A stretch of 64,000 nucleotides of DNA from the IMG/VR virus record IMGVR_UViG_3300045988_130225, positions 32,001 to 96,000 of that record; one strand, given 5' to 3'. The position numbers and the translations under genes were made by a program. Positions within the stretch are counted from its first letter, which is position 1, and each line of letters opens with the position of its first letter. The DNA is from a virus. This document shows positions 29,431-37,640 of the stretch, piece after piece. The notes under the pieces were generated by a model that saw nothing but the letters and a program-made list of their open reading frames with translations, searched no databases and had not been told where the DNA came from.

Positions 29431-31044
29431 CTATTGATTTCGTGACCGTTCAGCAGAATCAGAAATGGCTTCTTCACTTTGAGGTCTACCAACTTGTCCA
29501 CTACCCCCACTCATGGTATGAATAGACAAAAGTTGTGATAAATTGTCTAAGAAATCACTATTATGTGCTTCTTCCAACATTCTCTCAAAATCCATAGGTT
29601 TATATCCAAAAGCAGACGCATAAGCACTTGAATTAAGTACCATACCCACATCTGCTAATTTCATAATAGCATCTTGCTTCTTTTTACGCCAAAATGGTTG
29701 TGTACATCCATCAAACGTAAACTTAAACTTAAATTGTTTAGTTTTCTGATTAGCATAGAACTCTAAGAAATTGTTAAATTGAGTATATAATTTAGCCACA
29801 ATCTCATAATCAGCAGTAATAGCCGCTTGAAGTTCTTCGTTTGACATTCTATCCGTAGCGTAAATTAAACGGCTTGCAGAACTACCATATCCCACTGTAT
29901 CTTTAGCGGCAGTAGTAGCCATATCTGTGTTTTTATCCTCAAACTGTTTAAATTCAACTTCTTCAAGAGGTAAAGCAATAGAACGAACAATTTTATCTTG
30001 TGTCATAGAGTTTTTCAATCCACTAGCGACAAGTTTCATTAATCGTCCTAATGTACTTGGTTTGACTGCAAACCTATCAGCAACCTCACCAGATTTTGCA
30101 GAATCTTGCATTTTCATCTCACCGTAAAGTATACCAAAAGCACTGGCAATATCTTTATTTTTTTGTAACTTTGCAATCTCTGTGTTATTGAAAACATTCT
30201 TTAAATACGGAGCCATAAAAGGAACACTTGCAAAATTACTTGTGTCAAACTTGAAAGCCCAGAAACCATCATTAGGACTTGTCTGGTGATAAAGAGTAAA
30301 AGTACCATCACGATTACTTAAGCCGTTTGACGGAATATAATCTTTAAAATCTTTACCGTCCCATACTTCTCTAAGGTATTTTTTAAACACAGGAGCATAG
30401 CAATCTATATCTACACCTTGCATACCAATAAAGTACATCATGTCGAAGTCGAATAATAAGCCACTTTCAAAATAACCAGTTAAGATACATCTATCTTGTG
30501 GCAATGTTTGTAGAGCATATTTAGGATTGTTTCTATCCATGTTTGTTCTAAAACTTGTATAGTGTACTTCATGTCTTAAAAGCTGTTTTACAACTTTTTT
30601 AAATTCACCTTTGTAATCAAAATTATCAAGGAATTTATAAATTCTTGCTTTATCAGCTTTATAATTATCAGACTTATAATCTTCTTTCTTAGCGTTTTTA
30701 CAAGTAATTTGCAAATCAAAAGAAAGGAGATTTGTGTAGTATTCAATAGTTCTGTTATAAATCATATCGAATACTTCCATAAACTCACTATAAGCCTGTA
30801 AGTTTGTAGCACCAGTTTTATACTCGCTTAAAGCCTTTATAATATCGTCATATTTTGGAATCTTAGCATTGTTGTTAAGATTAACCAAATTCTGATTACT
30901 TAACCATGGACTATATACTCCAAAACTATCCAATCCATATAAACTCTGAGCAAAACTTACTACATCATAAACCTGTTGTTCTGATAACATAACAGGTTCT
31001 TCTACTTTAGGAGTTAATCTTTGACTATTTTTCGTAGTTCTCAT
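29431..31044 (-). CDS. Phage portal protein
   Basis: 537 aa, directly after large terminase; QAAITADYEIVAKLYTQFNNFLEFYAN region typical of portals. Confidence 0.75.
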   Translation of the reverse strand: MRTTKNSQRLTPKVEEPVMLSEQQVYDVVSFAQSLYGLDSFGVYSPWLSNQNLVNLNNNAKIPKYDDIIKALSEYKTGATNLQAYSEFMEVFDMIYNRTIEYYTNLLSFDLQITCKNAKKEDYKSDNYKADKARIYKFLDNFDYKGEFKKVVKQLLRHEVHYTSFRTNMDRNNPKYALQTLPQDRCILTGYFESGLLFDFDMMYFIGMQGVDIDCYAPVFKKYLREVWDGKDFKDYIPSNGLSNRDGTFTLYHQTSPNDGFWAFKFDTSNFASVPFMAPYLKNVFNNTEIAKLQKNKDIASAFGILYGEMKMQDSAKSGEVADRFAVKPSTLGRLMKLVASGLKNSMTQDKIVRSIALPLEEVEFKQFEDKNTDMATTAAKDTVGYGSSASRLIYATDRMSNEELQAAITADYEIVAKLYTQFNNFLEFYANQKTKQFKFKFTFDGCTQPFWRKKKQDAIMKLADVGMVLNSSAYASAFGYKPMDFERMLEEAHNSDFLDNLSQLLSIHTMSGGSGQVGRPQSEEAISDSAERSRNQ

Positions 31045-31114
31045 CTCCTTTCTTCAAATATTTTTATTTAAAGGCAGTCAAATCATAGCAGTTGATAAGA
31101 CCGCCTATATACAC

Positions 31115-32995
31115 TTAGAACACAAGTTGGTCTAACTCATCTAAATTGGTATCTCTTTGTTCATCTACAGCATACTTATCACCTATTAAGGTTGCAATAT
31201 GGTTTCCGTAACTCAAAGCTACAATTTTATCCTTTGTCGCACTATTTCTGTTAGGTTCTGATAATTTCAAAATACCGTTATTCCATGTTTGAGTTAAACT
31301 AATAGCTTCTGACATCATTAATGCAGTTTGAACATATGGCAACTTAATATTAACTTTTTCCTCAGAACTCATAGTAAGATAATTTACATCTTCTTCAAGT
31401 TCTGTTTCAATCGTTAATTCATCTACCAAAAATTCAATCATTTCATTATCTAGGGCTTTCTTTAAATCAAGCCACATTAAACTATTTCGTTCACTTGTAC
31501 CAACAATAGGTATGATACATGGTATAGCTTCTGCATCAACCGTTTTGCCTTTAAGTTCTTGAATTTTAGCGTCTGGAACTATCTGTAAAGCAGATTCATA
31601 ACAAACTGTAAATCCATGTGGATTCCAATTACTTCGTGATGGGTGTTCAAAAGGTTTAGATAACTCTGTATAATAAAGAGTACCACCGCTTCTTTCGTCC
31701 ATTACGATATAATCTGCTTGGTAATCCCAAAAGAACTCTCTAATCTTTTGTTGAAATCCCTCACTATCACTAGCAGGGTGCGTTCCAATATATTCTACTT
31801 TTCGTCTTGTCTTACCATCTTTCATAATGACAGACATACAACCAATAACACTATTATCGTTATCGTTTGTATTGCTGTTTACAAAAGCATAATCAATGAA
31901 AAGTAAACGTTTTTCAAATTCACCTTTAGGTCTGTTACCTAAATCAGTTGACATAAATATATCCATAGGCGTAGGTGGTTTATAGGCTTTTTTTATCACT
32001 TGATTCTTTCTGAAATCTTCAAGTAAGAAGAAAGCACCCTCTGTTTCACCATACATTTCATTCAAATCTTCTGTTACAAAGTCAATATCTGAATCAAATT
32101 CTTTATCATGCCAGTAATCAGCCCATGTTTTAAGGTTAAATAAAATTGCAAGAAAAATATTAGAAGCAAAGAAATTATATGTATGGTCTTTTCGTATCAT
32201 ACTTTGTTGAACAACAAGTTTAAATTCTTGCCAGAAACTTTCACTTCTAAATCTTGCAGATGTAATACTTATAGTTTTACATTGCTCAACCCAACGTGGC
32301 AATGTTTTTCCATTACTATCTTTATATTCGTCCAACAACGAAAATTTAGATTGTCTTGGGTGAGCCATTTTAGAGAATACAGAATCTATTAAACTTTTCT
32401 TCAAAAGTCTACGTTCTTCATATATAAGCATAGTTGCCCTAGAACCTCTACTGCTGTTCAGACAAGGTAAAACCGTTATCATACTGCCATTTATTTTGCT
32501 CAAATCTACTTCTACACAATCATTATTATACCTAAAAACTATATCGCCATTCTCATAATAATATTGTAAAACTGGTGAAAGTTTCTTGCAAAGTTCATCT
32601 TCTATTTTCTTTTTTACTAGCTTTGTAGCCTGTGGAATAGTAGAAGATGTAATAACAACTTCTGCAAACGGGTATAAACATGAGTGTATGACAGCGAGAA
32701 GTCCTGCAATCATTGACTTAGAAGCACCTCTCGAACAAATCGCATACCAATATTGGCTAATTCCTGCTAAATAAACCATAACATGCTGAAACGGATATAA
32801 TTTAATCTTTAATCTTCTTTCAGCATATATATTCCAATTACGTCTATAAAATGTTGTCCATTCCTTAATATTTTTCTTTCTTTGTTCCCACGGTAATCTT
32901 CTGTCAGTCTTTTTCTTTTCTTCTTGTTTTTTCTTTCTTTTTTCCACAAGACTAATAATATCTATATCTTTGTTTTCCTCTAACATAGACATCAC
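31115..32995 (-). CDS. Terminase large subunit
   Basis: 626 aa; Walker A-like CSRGASKSMIAG, Walker B-like ATMLIYEERRL, nuclease LLFIDYAFVNSNTNDND. GTG start overlaps TAG of upstream exon frame. Confidence 0.88.
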   Translation of the reverse strand: MMSMLEENKDIDIISLVEKRKKKQEEKKKTDRRLPWEQRKKNIKEWTTFYRRNWNIYAERRLKIKLYPFQHVMVYLAGISQYWYAICSRGASKSMIAGLLAVIHSCLYPFAEVVITSSTIPQATKLVKKKIEDELCKKLSPVLQYYYENGDIVFRYNNDCVEVDLSKINGSMITVLPCLNSSRGSRATMLIYEERRLLKKSLIDSVFSKMAHPRQSKFSLLDEYKDSNGKTLPRWVEQCKTISITSARFRSESFWQEFKLVVQQSMIRKDHTYNFFASNIFLAILFNLKTWADYWHDKEFDSDIDFVTEDLNEMYGETEGAFFLLEDFRKNQVIKKAYKPPTPMDIFMSTDLGNRPKGEFEKRLLFIDYAFVNSNTNDNDNSVIGCMSVIMKDGKTRRKVEYIGTHPASDSEGFQQKIREFFWDYQADYIVMDERSGGTLYYTELSKPFEHPSRSNWNPHGFTVCYESALQIVPDAKIQELKGKTVDAEAIPCIIPIVGTSERNSLMWLDLKKALDNEMIEFLVDELTIETELEEDVNYLTMSSEEKVNIKLPYVQTALMMSEAISLTQTWNNGILKLSEPNRNSATKDKIVALSYGNHIATLIGDKYAVDEQRDTNLDELDQLVF

Positions 32996-33035
32996 CTAAT
33001 CTTTCTTTCGTGGAATTAAAGGATACTCCTTTGTG
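32996..33035 (-). CDS. Predicted 3' exon of small terminase gene
   Basis: Frame ...TKEYPLIPRKKD* whose TAG abuts the GTG start of TerL. Confidence 0.6.
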
Positions 33036-33144
33036 CCTGCTCTGAACCTCCCACGACTAAAGTCGCAGGGTTCTCGGTCAATAACTCTATTGAGTTAAGT
33101 ATCACCAAGCTAACCCCGTAGTTCCTACGGTTTTTATATATCAT

Positions 33145-34257
33145 TTAAACATTTAAAATTCTTAAACCCTCATTCAAAATATTAATAGAAGCATTATCAT
33201 CTCTATTCAATTTTGAACCGCAGTTAGAACAAATCCAGTATCTAATCTCAACAGGCTTTTTACCACCATTAACACCACAACAATGACAAATTTGTGAAGA
33301 AGGAAAATATCTATTAATTACAGATAATATTTTTCCATACCAAATAGATTTATAAGTCAACATTCTACGAAATTCAGACCAAGAAACATCATTCACATGT
33401 TTATTACGAACACTGGAATCTGTTTCCCTCATAGACTGTACATCTAAATCTTCAATACAAATAATATCATATTGTTTAACAATATTAGTAGTCAATTTCT
33501 GTAAAAAGTCTTTACGTTGATTAGATATATGTTTTTGTAAATTTGCGACTTTAATTCTTGCTTTATTCCAATTAGAACCACCGATTGCTTTTCTCGATAA
33601 TTCTCTTTGTAACTTAGCAAGTTTCTTTTCTGACTTTTCATAAAATCTAGGATTTTTAATCTTAATACCGTCAGATAAGATTGCAAAATCTACAATCCCT
33701 AAATCTATTCCAACATTTTTATTTGTTTTTGGATATTGTGGAAATTCTATATCAGTACAGCATAATGAACAATAGTAATGTCCGTTTGGTTCTTGTGATA
33801 TAGTAGCGTTAAGTATTCTTCCTTGCGGAATTTGCTTATCACGAACTTTTACAAAACCTAATTTTGGAAGCCTGATATGCTTACTTTCAAATCTTATATT
33901 ATTAGTAGTACAACTTGTAGTATAAGATTGATGTCTATTTTTCTTAGATTTAAAATTAGGAAAACCAGTTTGCTTTTTAAAAAGTTTTTGATATGCATTA
34001 TCTAAATTTTTCAAAGTTTTCTGTAAAGCATCTTTATCTGGTTCTTTAAGCCATTCATTTTCTTTCTTTAACTGAGTAAGCATTTTACTTGTGTCGTAAT
34101 AGTTTAAAGTTTTCTTATTTTCTTTATACTCAGTTATTCTTTTGTCTAAGAAATAATTATAAACATATCTACAGCAACCAAAAGTTTTCTGTATTAATTC
34201 TTGCTGTTTCTTATTCGGATAAATTCTATACTTAAAAGCCTTTTCCAACAATATCAC
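33145..34257 (-). CDS. tnpB: TnpB/IS200-IS605 OrfB family RNA-guided nuclease, intact
   Basis: 370 aa; NVGIDLGIVDFAIL, IICIEDLDVQSM, CHCCG...CSNCGSKLNRDDNASINIL. Confidence 0.93.
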   Translation of the reverse strand: MILLEKAFKYRIYPNKKQQELIQKTFGCCRYVYNYFLDKRITEYKENKKTLNYYDTSKMLTQLKKENEWLKEPDKDALQKTLKNLDNAYQKLFKKQTGFPNFKSKKNRHQSYTTSCTTNNIRFESKHIRLPKLGFVKVRDKQIPQGRILNATISQEPNGHYYCSLCCTDIEFPQYPKTNKNVGIDLGIVDFAILSDGIKIKNPRFYEKSEKKLAKLQRELSRKAIGGSNWNKARIKVANLQKHISNQRKDFLQKLTTNIVKQYDIICIEDLDVQSMRETDSSVRNKHVNDVSWSEFRRMLTYKSIWYGKILSVINRYFPSSQICHCCGVNGGKKPVEIRYWICSNCGSKLNRDDNASINILNEGLRILNV

Positions 34258-34299
34258 TTCCTTTCATAAATTAACTTATAACATATTTATATATAAATG

Positions 34300-34813
34300 T
34301 CAAGTTAAATTATGAAAAGAATTACTTTAGTTTAAATAATATATAAAAACCGTAAGTTACTTTAGTTACGTTTTGAGATTGTCGTTCACATAGGTTCGCT
34401 ACTCCTATGCAGTTCTCCAATGAACTTCTTGTACTTTCATACAAGCACAGACTATATCTTATCCCTCACCATTACGTGTTAGGGTCTACCCACTTCCACA
34501 CGCTTGTGTGTACTTCCCTCAAGAGGAATAGTCGTTGAAGTTTTCCTTTCGGACTTACCTGCTAATTGCCTATTTTTCAGTGTTTAGGATTTAACCATGC
34601 ACCATTCATTCAATTTTTTCTACTTTCGTCACATTCACGCTTATACCCTTTAAGGTATTACGTTGTAGTTTGAATGACTTTAAGGTTTCCTAGCAATTCA
34701 AGTAGTATTGGATGCTAAAAGCATCGCTACGTGCAAGTTTCCCTACACGCTAACTATTTCGTAAAACGTTCGCTTACTCACGACTAAAGTTATGAATATG
34801 CGTTCACGATTTA
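34300..34813 (-). ncRNA. Group I intron catalytic core
   Basis: Minus strand: P GAATTGCTAGGAAACCTTAAAG; Q AATTAGCAGGTAAGTCCG; R CTTCAACGACTATTCC; S AAGATATAGTCTGTGC. P7 pair GACTA/TAGTC and P4 pair TGCTA/TAGCA visible. Confidence 0.88.
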
Positions 34814-35658
34814 ATCAAATTCTTTACAGCAGAAACTACATACTTAAACCAGTCAGCTTCAATATTACAGAAATCCTTATATTTTTCCAAATCTTCACAT
34901 TCACAAGGTTCAGTGTTTTCGATTTCCCAAATCTGATGTTCAAGCATTTGTTCAGTTAAAGTCTTTTCTTTCTTCTGAGTAAAGTTATCAAGTTTTAAAG
35001 TTTTCATTAATTTTAAAACCATATCTTGTTCTTCTTTACCAGAATTACCCATGTCCACTTCTTTTTTATATCTTAATTCAGCAATACAAAGTTTACGATA
35101 CAAACTCTCTTGTGCAGGTGTCAACTTAATATCATCAGTGTAGAATCCCCATCTATACTCAAGATAGGCATAATCTTCATCTGATTGCTCTCCCCAATCC
35201 AGAATTAAATCTTGTATATTTAATTTACGTTGTGTTTCTTCGTCATTGGAAGTCATAGAACTTCTATCTACATCTGTTTGTCCAAAACAATCCCATTTAT
35301 CTGATTTTTTCTTTAAAGCTAAAAAAGTTACATAATACTGTCCCCAGTAGTTATATGTACTAGACAAAGTACCTTCTTCTTTTTCTTTTTCAACTTTTTC
35401 CATCAGACCATCATATACTTTTTGTATAAACGGTATTCCTATCTCAGCACATGTTGACCATAAAGCTAATTTAATATCTCCATATTTACTGTAATAGTTT
35501 TGATAAATCGTTTTACAACAAGTGGTACAATAAGGAACTACTTTATTTGCATGGTTTGGATTGTCAGATTTATAAAATTTCTTAATATCATAAGGTCTGT
35601 TGCAACGAATACAAAATGATTCTGTTATGGGTCTTTCTTTTCTTATAATGGTTGCCAT
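34804..35658 (-). CDS. Putative terminase small subunit, 5' exon (C-terminal end lies in 32996-33035)
   Basis: MATIIRKERPITESFCIRCNRPYDIKKFY... zinc-finger-like N-terminus, directly upstream of TerL; reading frame ends shortly after entering the intron. Confidence 0.65.
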   Translation of the reverse strand: MATIIRKERPITESFCIRCNRPYDIKKFYKSDNPNHANKVVPYCTTCCKTIYQNYYSKYGDIKLALWSTCAEIGIPFIQKVYDGLMEKVEKEKEEGTLSSTYNYWGQYYVTFLALKKKSDKWDCFGQTDVDRSSMTSNDEETQRKLNIQDLILDWGEQSDEDYAYLEYRWGFYTDDIKLTPAQESLYRKLCIAELRYKKEVDMGNSGKEEQDMVLKLMKTLKLDNFTQKKEKTLTEQMLEHQIWEIENTEPCECEDLEKYKDFCNIEADWFKYVVSAVKNLIKS

Positions 35659-35700
35659 AACATTCCCTCGTTTCCAACAAAAAAAGAAAGACAATATTAA

Positions 35701-36219
35701 TTATTTGCCTTTCTTTTTCTCTACGAACTCGACATAATCTGGTTCAAGCATTTCAGCTAATCTTTTTTGCTTTCTTACTCTTTTTTGCTTTTCTATCATT
35801 ACTTCTCTTTGAAATTCTGGCTTTACAGCTTCTTTTATTTTAGCCGCAGATTTATTTTTTACTTTTAATGACGGTTCAAGGTTGTTTAAATATCCTTTGA
35901 GATATTCAGAGGTTTTAAATCTAACCATGTACGTCAATGGTATCATAACATTATTTTTCTGTTTCGTCTGAATATTATATACTCTCTTGATTGCACCACC
36001 GCAAGTGGAAATCTTAAAAGTACCAATATTAGGAATATTGAAATAACCGTTATTTTTTATTTCATCTGCCATAATTTCAATAAAAGTTTTCATACATAAC
36101 TTAGCCATTTCAGTTGTGAAACTTGGTTTAGTTTTCTTAACTGAAATGGCTATCAGTTCTGCGAGTTCGTTAGGGCTTAAAGACTTAACAATGACACCAT
36201 CTTTATTAGGTCTTGCCAT
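35701..36219 (-). CDS. HU/IHF-like DNA-binding protein
   Basis: 172 aa; LAELIAISVKKTKPSFTTEMAKLCMKTFIEIMADEIKNNGYFNIPNIGTFKI. Confidence 0.75.
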   Translation of the reverse strand: MARPNKDGVIVKSLSPNELAELIAISVKKTKPSFTTEMAKLCMKTFIEIMADEIKNNGYFNIPNIGTFKISTCGGAIKRVYNIQTKQKNNVMIPLTYMVRFKTSEYLKGYLNNLEPSLKVKNKSAAKIKEAVKPEFQREVMIEKQKRVRKQKRLAEMLEPDYVEFVEKKKGK

Positions 36220-36239
36220 AACTTGTTACTCCTTTATGA

Positions 36240-36593
36240 TTACTCTACAAAAGGTGCGTCCTGTGTCTTTTCCTTAACGGTTTCTCTTAACTTCTTAGAC
36301 ATCTTAAATACTGGTTTAGTATAATCTGGGGTTGCACTTAACTGTCCAACTTCGCCAGTAGCAGGATTGATAATACCAGTTCTTTCTGGTCTGCCCTTAA
36401 TAGTGGTGAAATCAATCTTTCCAAAACCGTTCATATCAAACTTCTTACCAGAAGCAATGCAAGTAGCGGCAATCTCATAAAATGCAGTCAGAACAGCCTT
36501 TGTGTCCTTCTGAGTAGCCTGTGCCTTGTATGCTACCATCTTTACTAACTCTGCGGTGCTAACCTTAGATACCTTAATTGCTTTCTTTGCCAT
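36240..36593 (-). CDS. HU/IHF-like DNA-binding protein
   Basis: 117 aa; STAELVKMVAYKAQATQKDTKAVLTAFYEIAATCIASGKKFDMNGFGKIDF. Confidence 0.8.
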   Translation of the reverse strand: MAKKAIKVSKVSTAELVKMVAYKAQATQKDTKAVLTAFYEIAATCIASGKKFDMNGFGKIDFTTIKGRPERTGIINPATGEVGQLSATPDYTKPVFKMSKKLRETVKEKTQDAPFVE

Positions 36594-36839
36594 AATAAAT
36601 TACCTCATTTCTTTCTTTTTATTCGTTTTATTCATTTTTATTTCTTAGGGGAATTGGTGAGTGCCTAAAAGGTCACTCCCATACCCCTTTGATTTTTTAT
36701 TTTTGGACGTTCTCTATCCATTAATAGAAAACGATTTTGCTCTTTCAAAAAGTGATTTAATCTTCAATACTTTTTATACAAAATAATTTTATTTTTGAAA
36801 GTGCATATTTTGCACCCTTATTTCACCTTATTGAAAAAA

Positions 36840-37598
36840 TTAGACTGTTTTTGAACATTTTTTACAAACTGCAAATAAAGTGTTGTCAACCTTAATAAGT
36901 TTACCGCATTTTGAACACATTGCATACCCCTCTTTGTAAGTCGCAATTAAAAGGTTTCCCAAATTTTCCATTTCACTGATTCTGAAAACTGGTTCCATTC
37001 CCTCATAATCTTCTAACATTTTTACTTTAATGTTCAAGTTATCGCAAGAGTTTGTAACCTCAACTAAACCTTTGTTTTTCAACTCACCAATCAGTTTCAT
37101 GCGTTCAAAAACGGTACAAGCCACATTTGATAGTTCAAACCAATCACCAATGTCTTTTATGGTTTTAAGGTTCAACCAGCCGTTAGCCGCTTTATAATGA
37201 GCCATAACATATGCAGAAAACATCAACTTACGTTCTCGGTCTGTTTCGCCTTTGAATACTTGTGTCATATCCCATGCATAAACATCTATATACCGTATAT
37301 GACTTAAAGATTTAATAACACCATTTCTTAAATTATCATATACATTCATAATCATTTTACGCCATTTTTCATGCACATATTCTTTTTGATAAATTTTAGT
37401 CATTGCGTTTCTTACCAAATCTTCTACATGATGTAACGCATAATCAAACTCTTTATCGGAATAATATTTAATCAGCCATAAGAGAAATTTAAAAAAACCT
37501 ATATCTGGTTTAACAATTTCTTCTGTTTTATCAGAATAAATATTTATTAAAATATCTCTTACATACTGATTTTCATTAAGAATGATTTTGTTTTTCAT
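36840..37598 (-). CDS. Hypothetical protein with C-terminal zinc ribbon
   Basis: 252 aa; AMCSKCGKLIKVDNTLFAVCKKCSKTV. Confidence 0.65.
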   Translation of the reverse strand: MKNKIILNENQYVRDILINIYSDKTEEIVKPDIGFFKFLLWLIKYYSDKEFDYALHHVEDLVRNAMTKIYQKEYVHEKWRKMIMNVYDNLRNGVIKSLSHIRYIDVYAWDMTQVFKGETDRERKLMFSAYVMAHYKAANGWLNLKTIKDIGDWFELSNVACTVFERMKLIGELKNKGLVEVTNSCDNLNIKVKMLEDYEGMEPVFRISEMENLGNLLIATYKEGYAMCSKCGKLIKVDNTLFAVCKKCSKTV

Positions 37599-37611
37599 AT
37601 CTTACACTCCT

Positions 37612-37640
37612 ATTCTATTACATTTTAATTGTTTTGTCAA
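37612..37640 (-). promoter_or_regulatory. sigma70/sigmaA-type promoter
   Basis: Minus strand TTGACA-17 nt-TAGAAT, just upstream of the 252-aa zinc-ribbon gene. Confidence 0.65.

Larger units (their letters stand above)
33036..34813 (-). mobile_element. IStron-like element: group I intron plus TnpB inserted in putative small terminase gene (exact ends inferred)
   Basis: Group I core motifs P/Q/R/S on minus strand at 34445-34699, TnpB ORF 3' of them, IS605-like 3' hairpin at 33049-33070, TTGAT immediately 5' of element, frame-compatible downstream exon GTKEYPLIPRKKD*. Confidence 0.8.
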
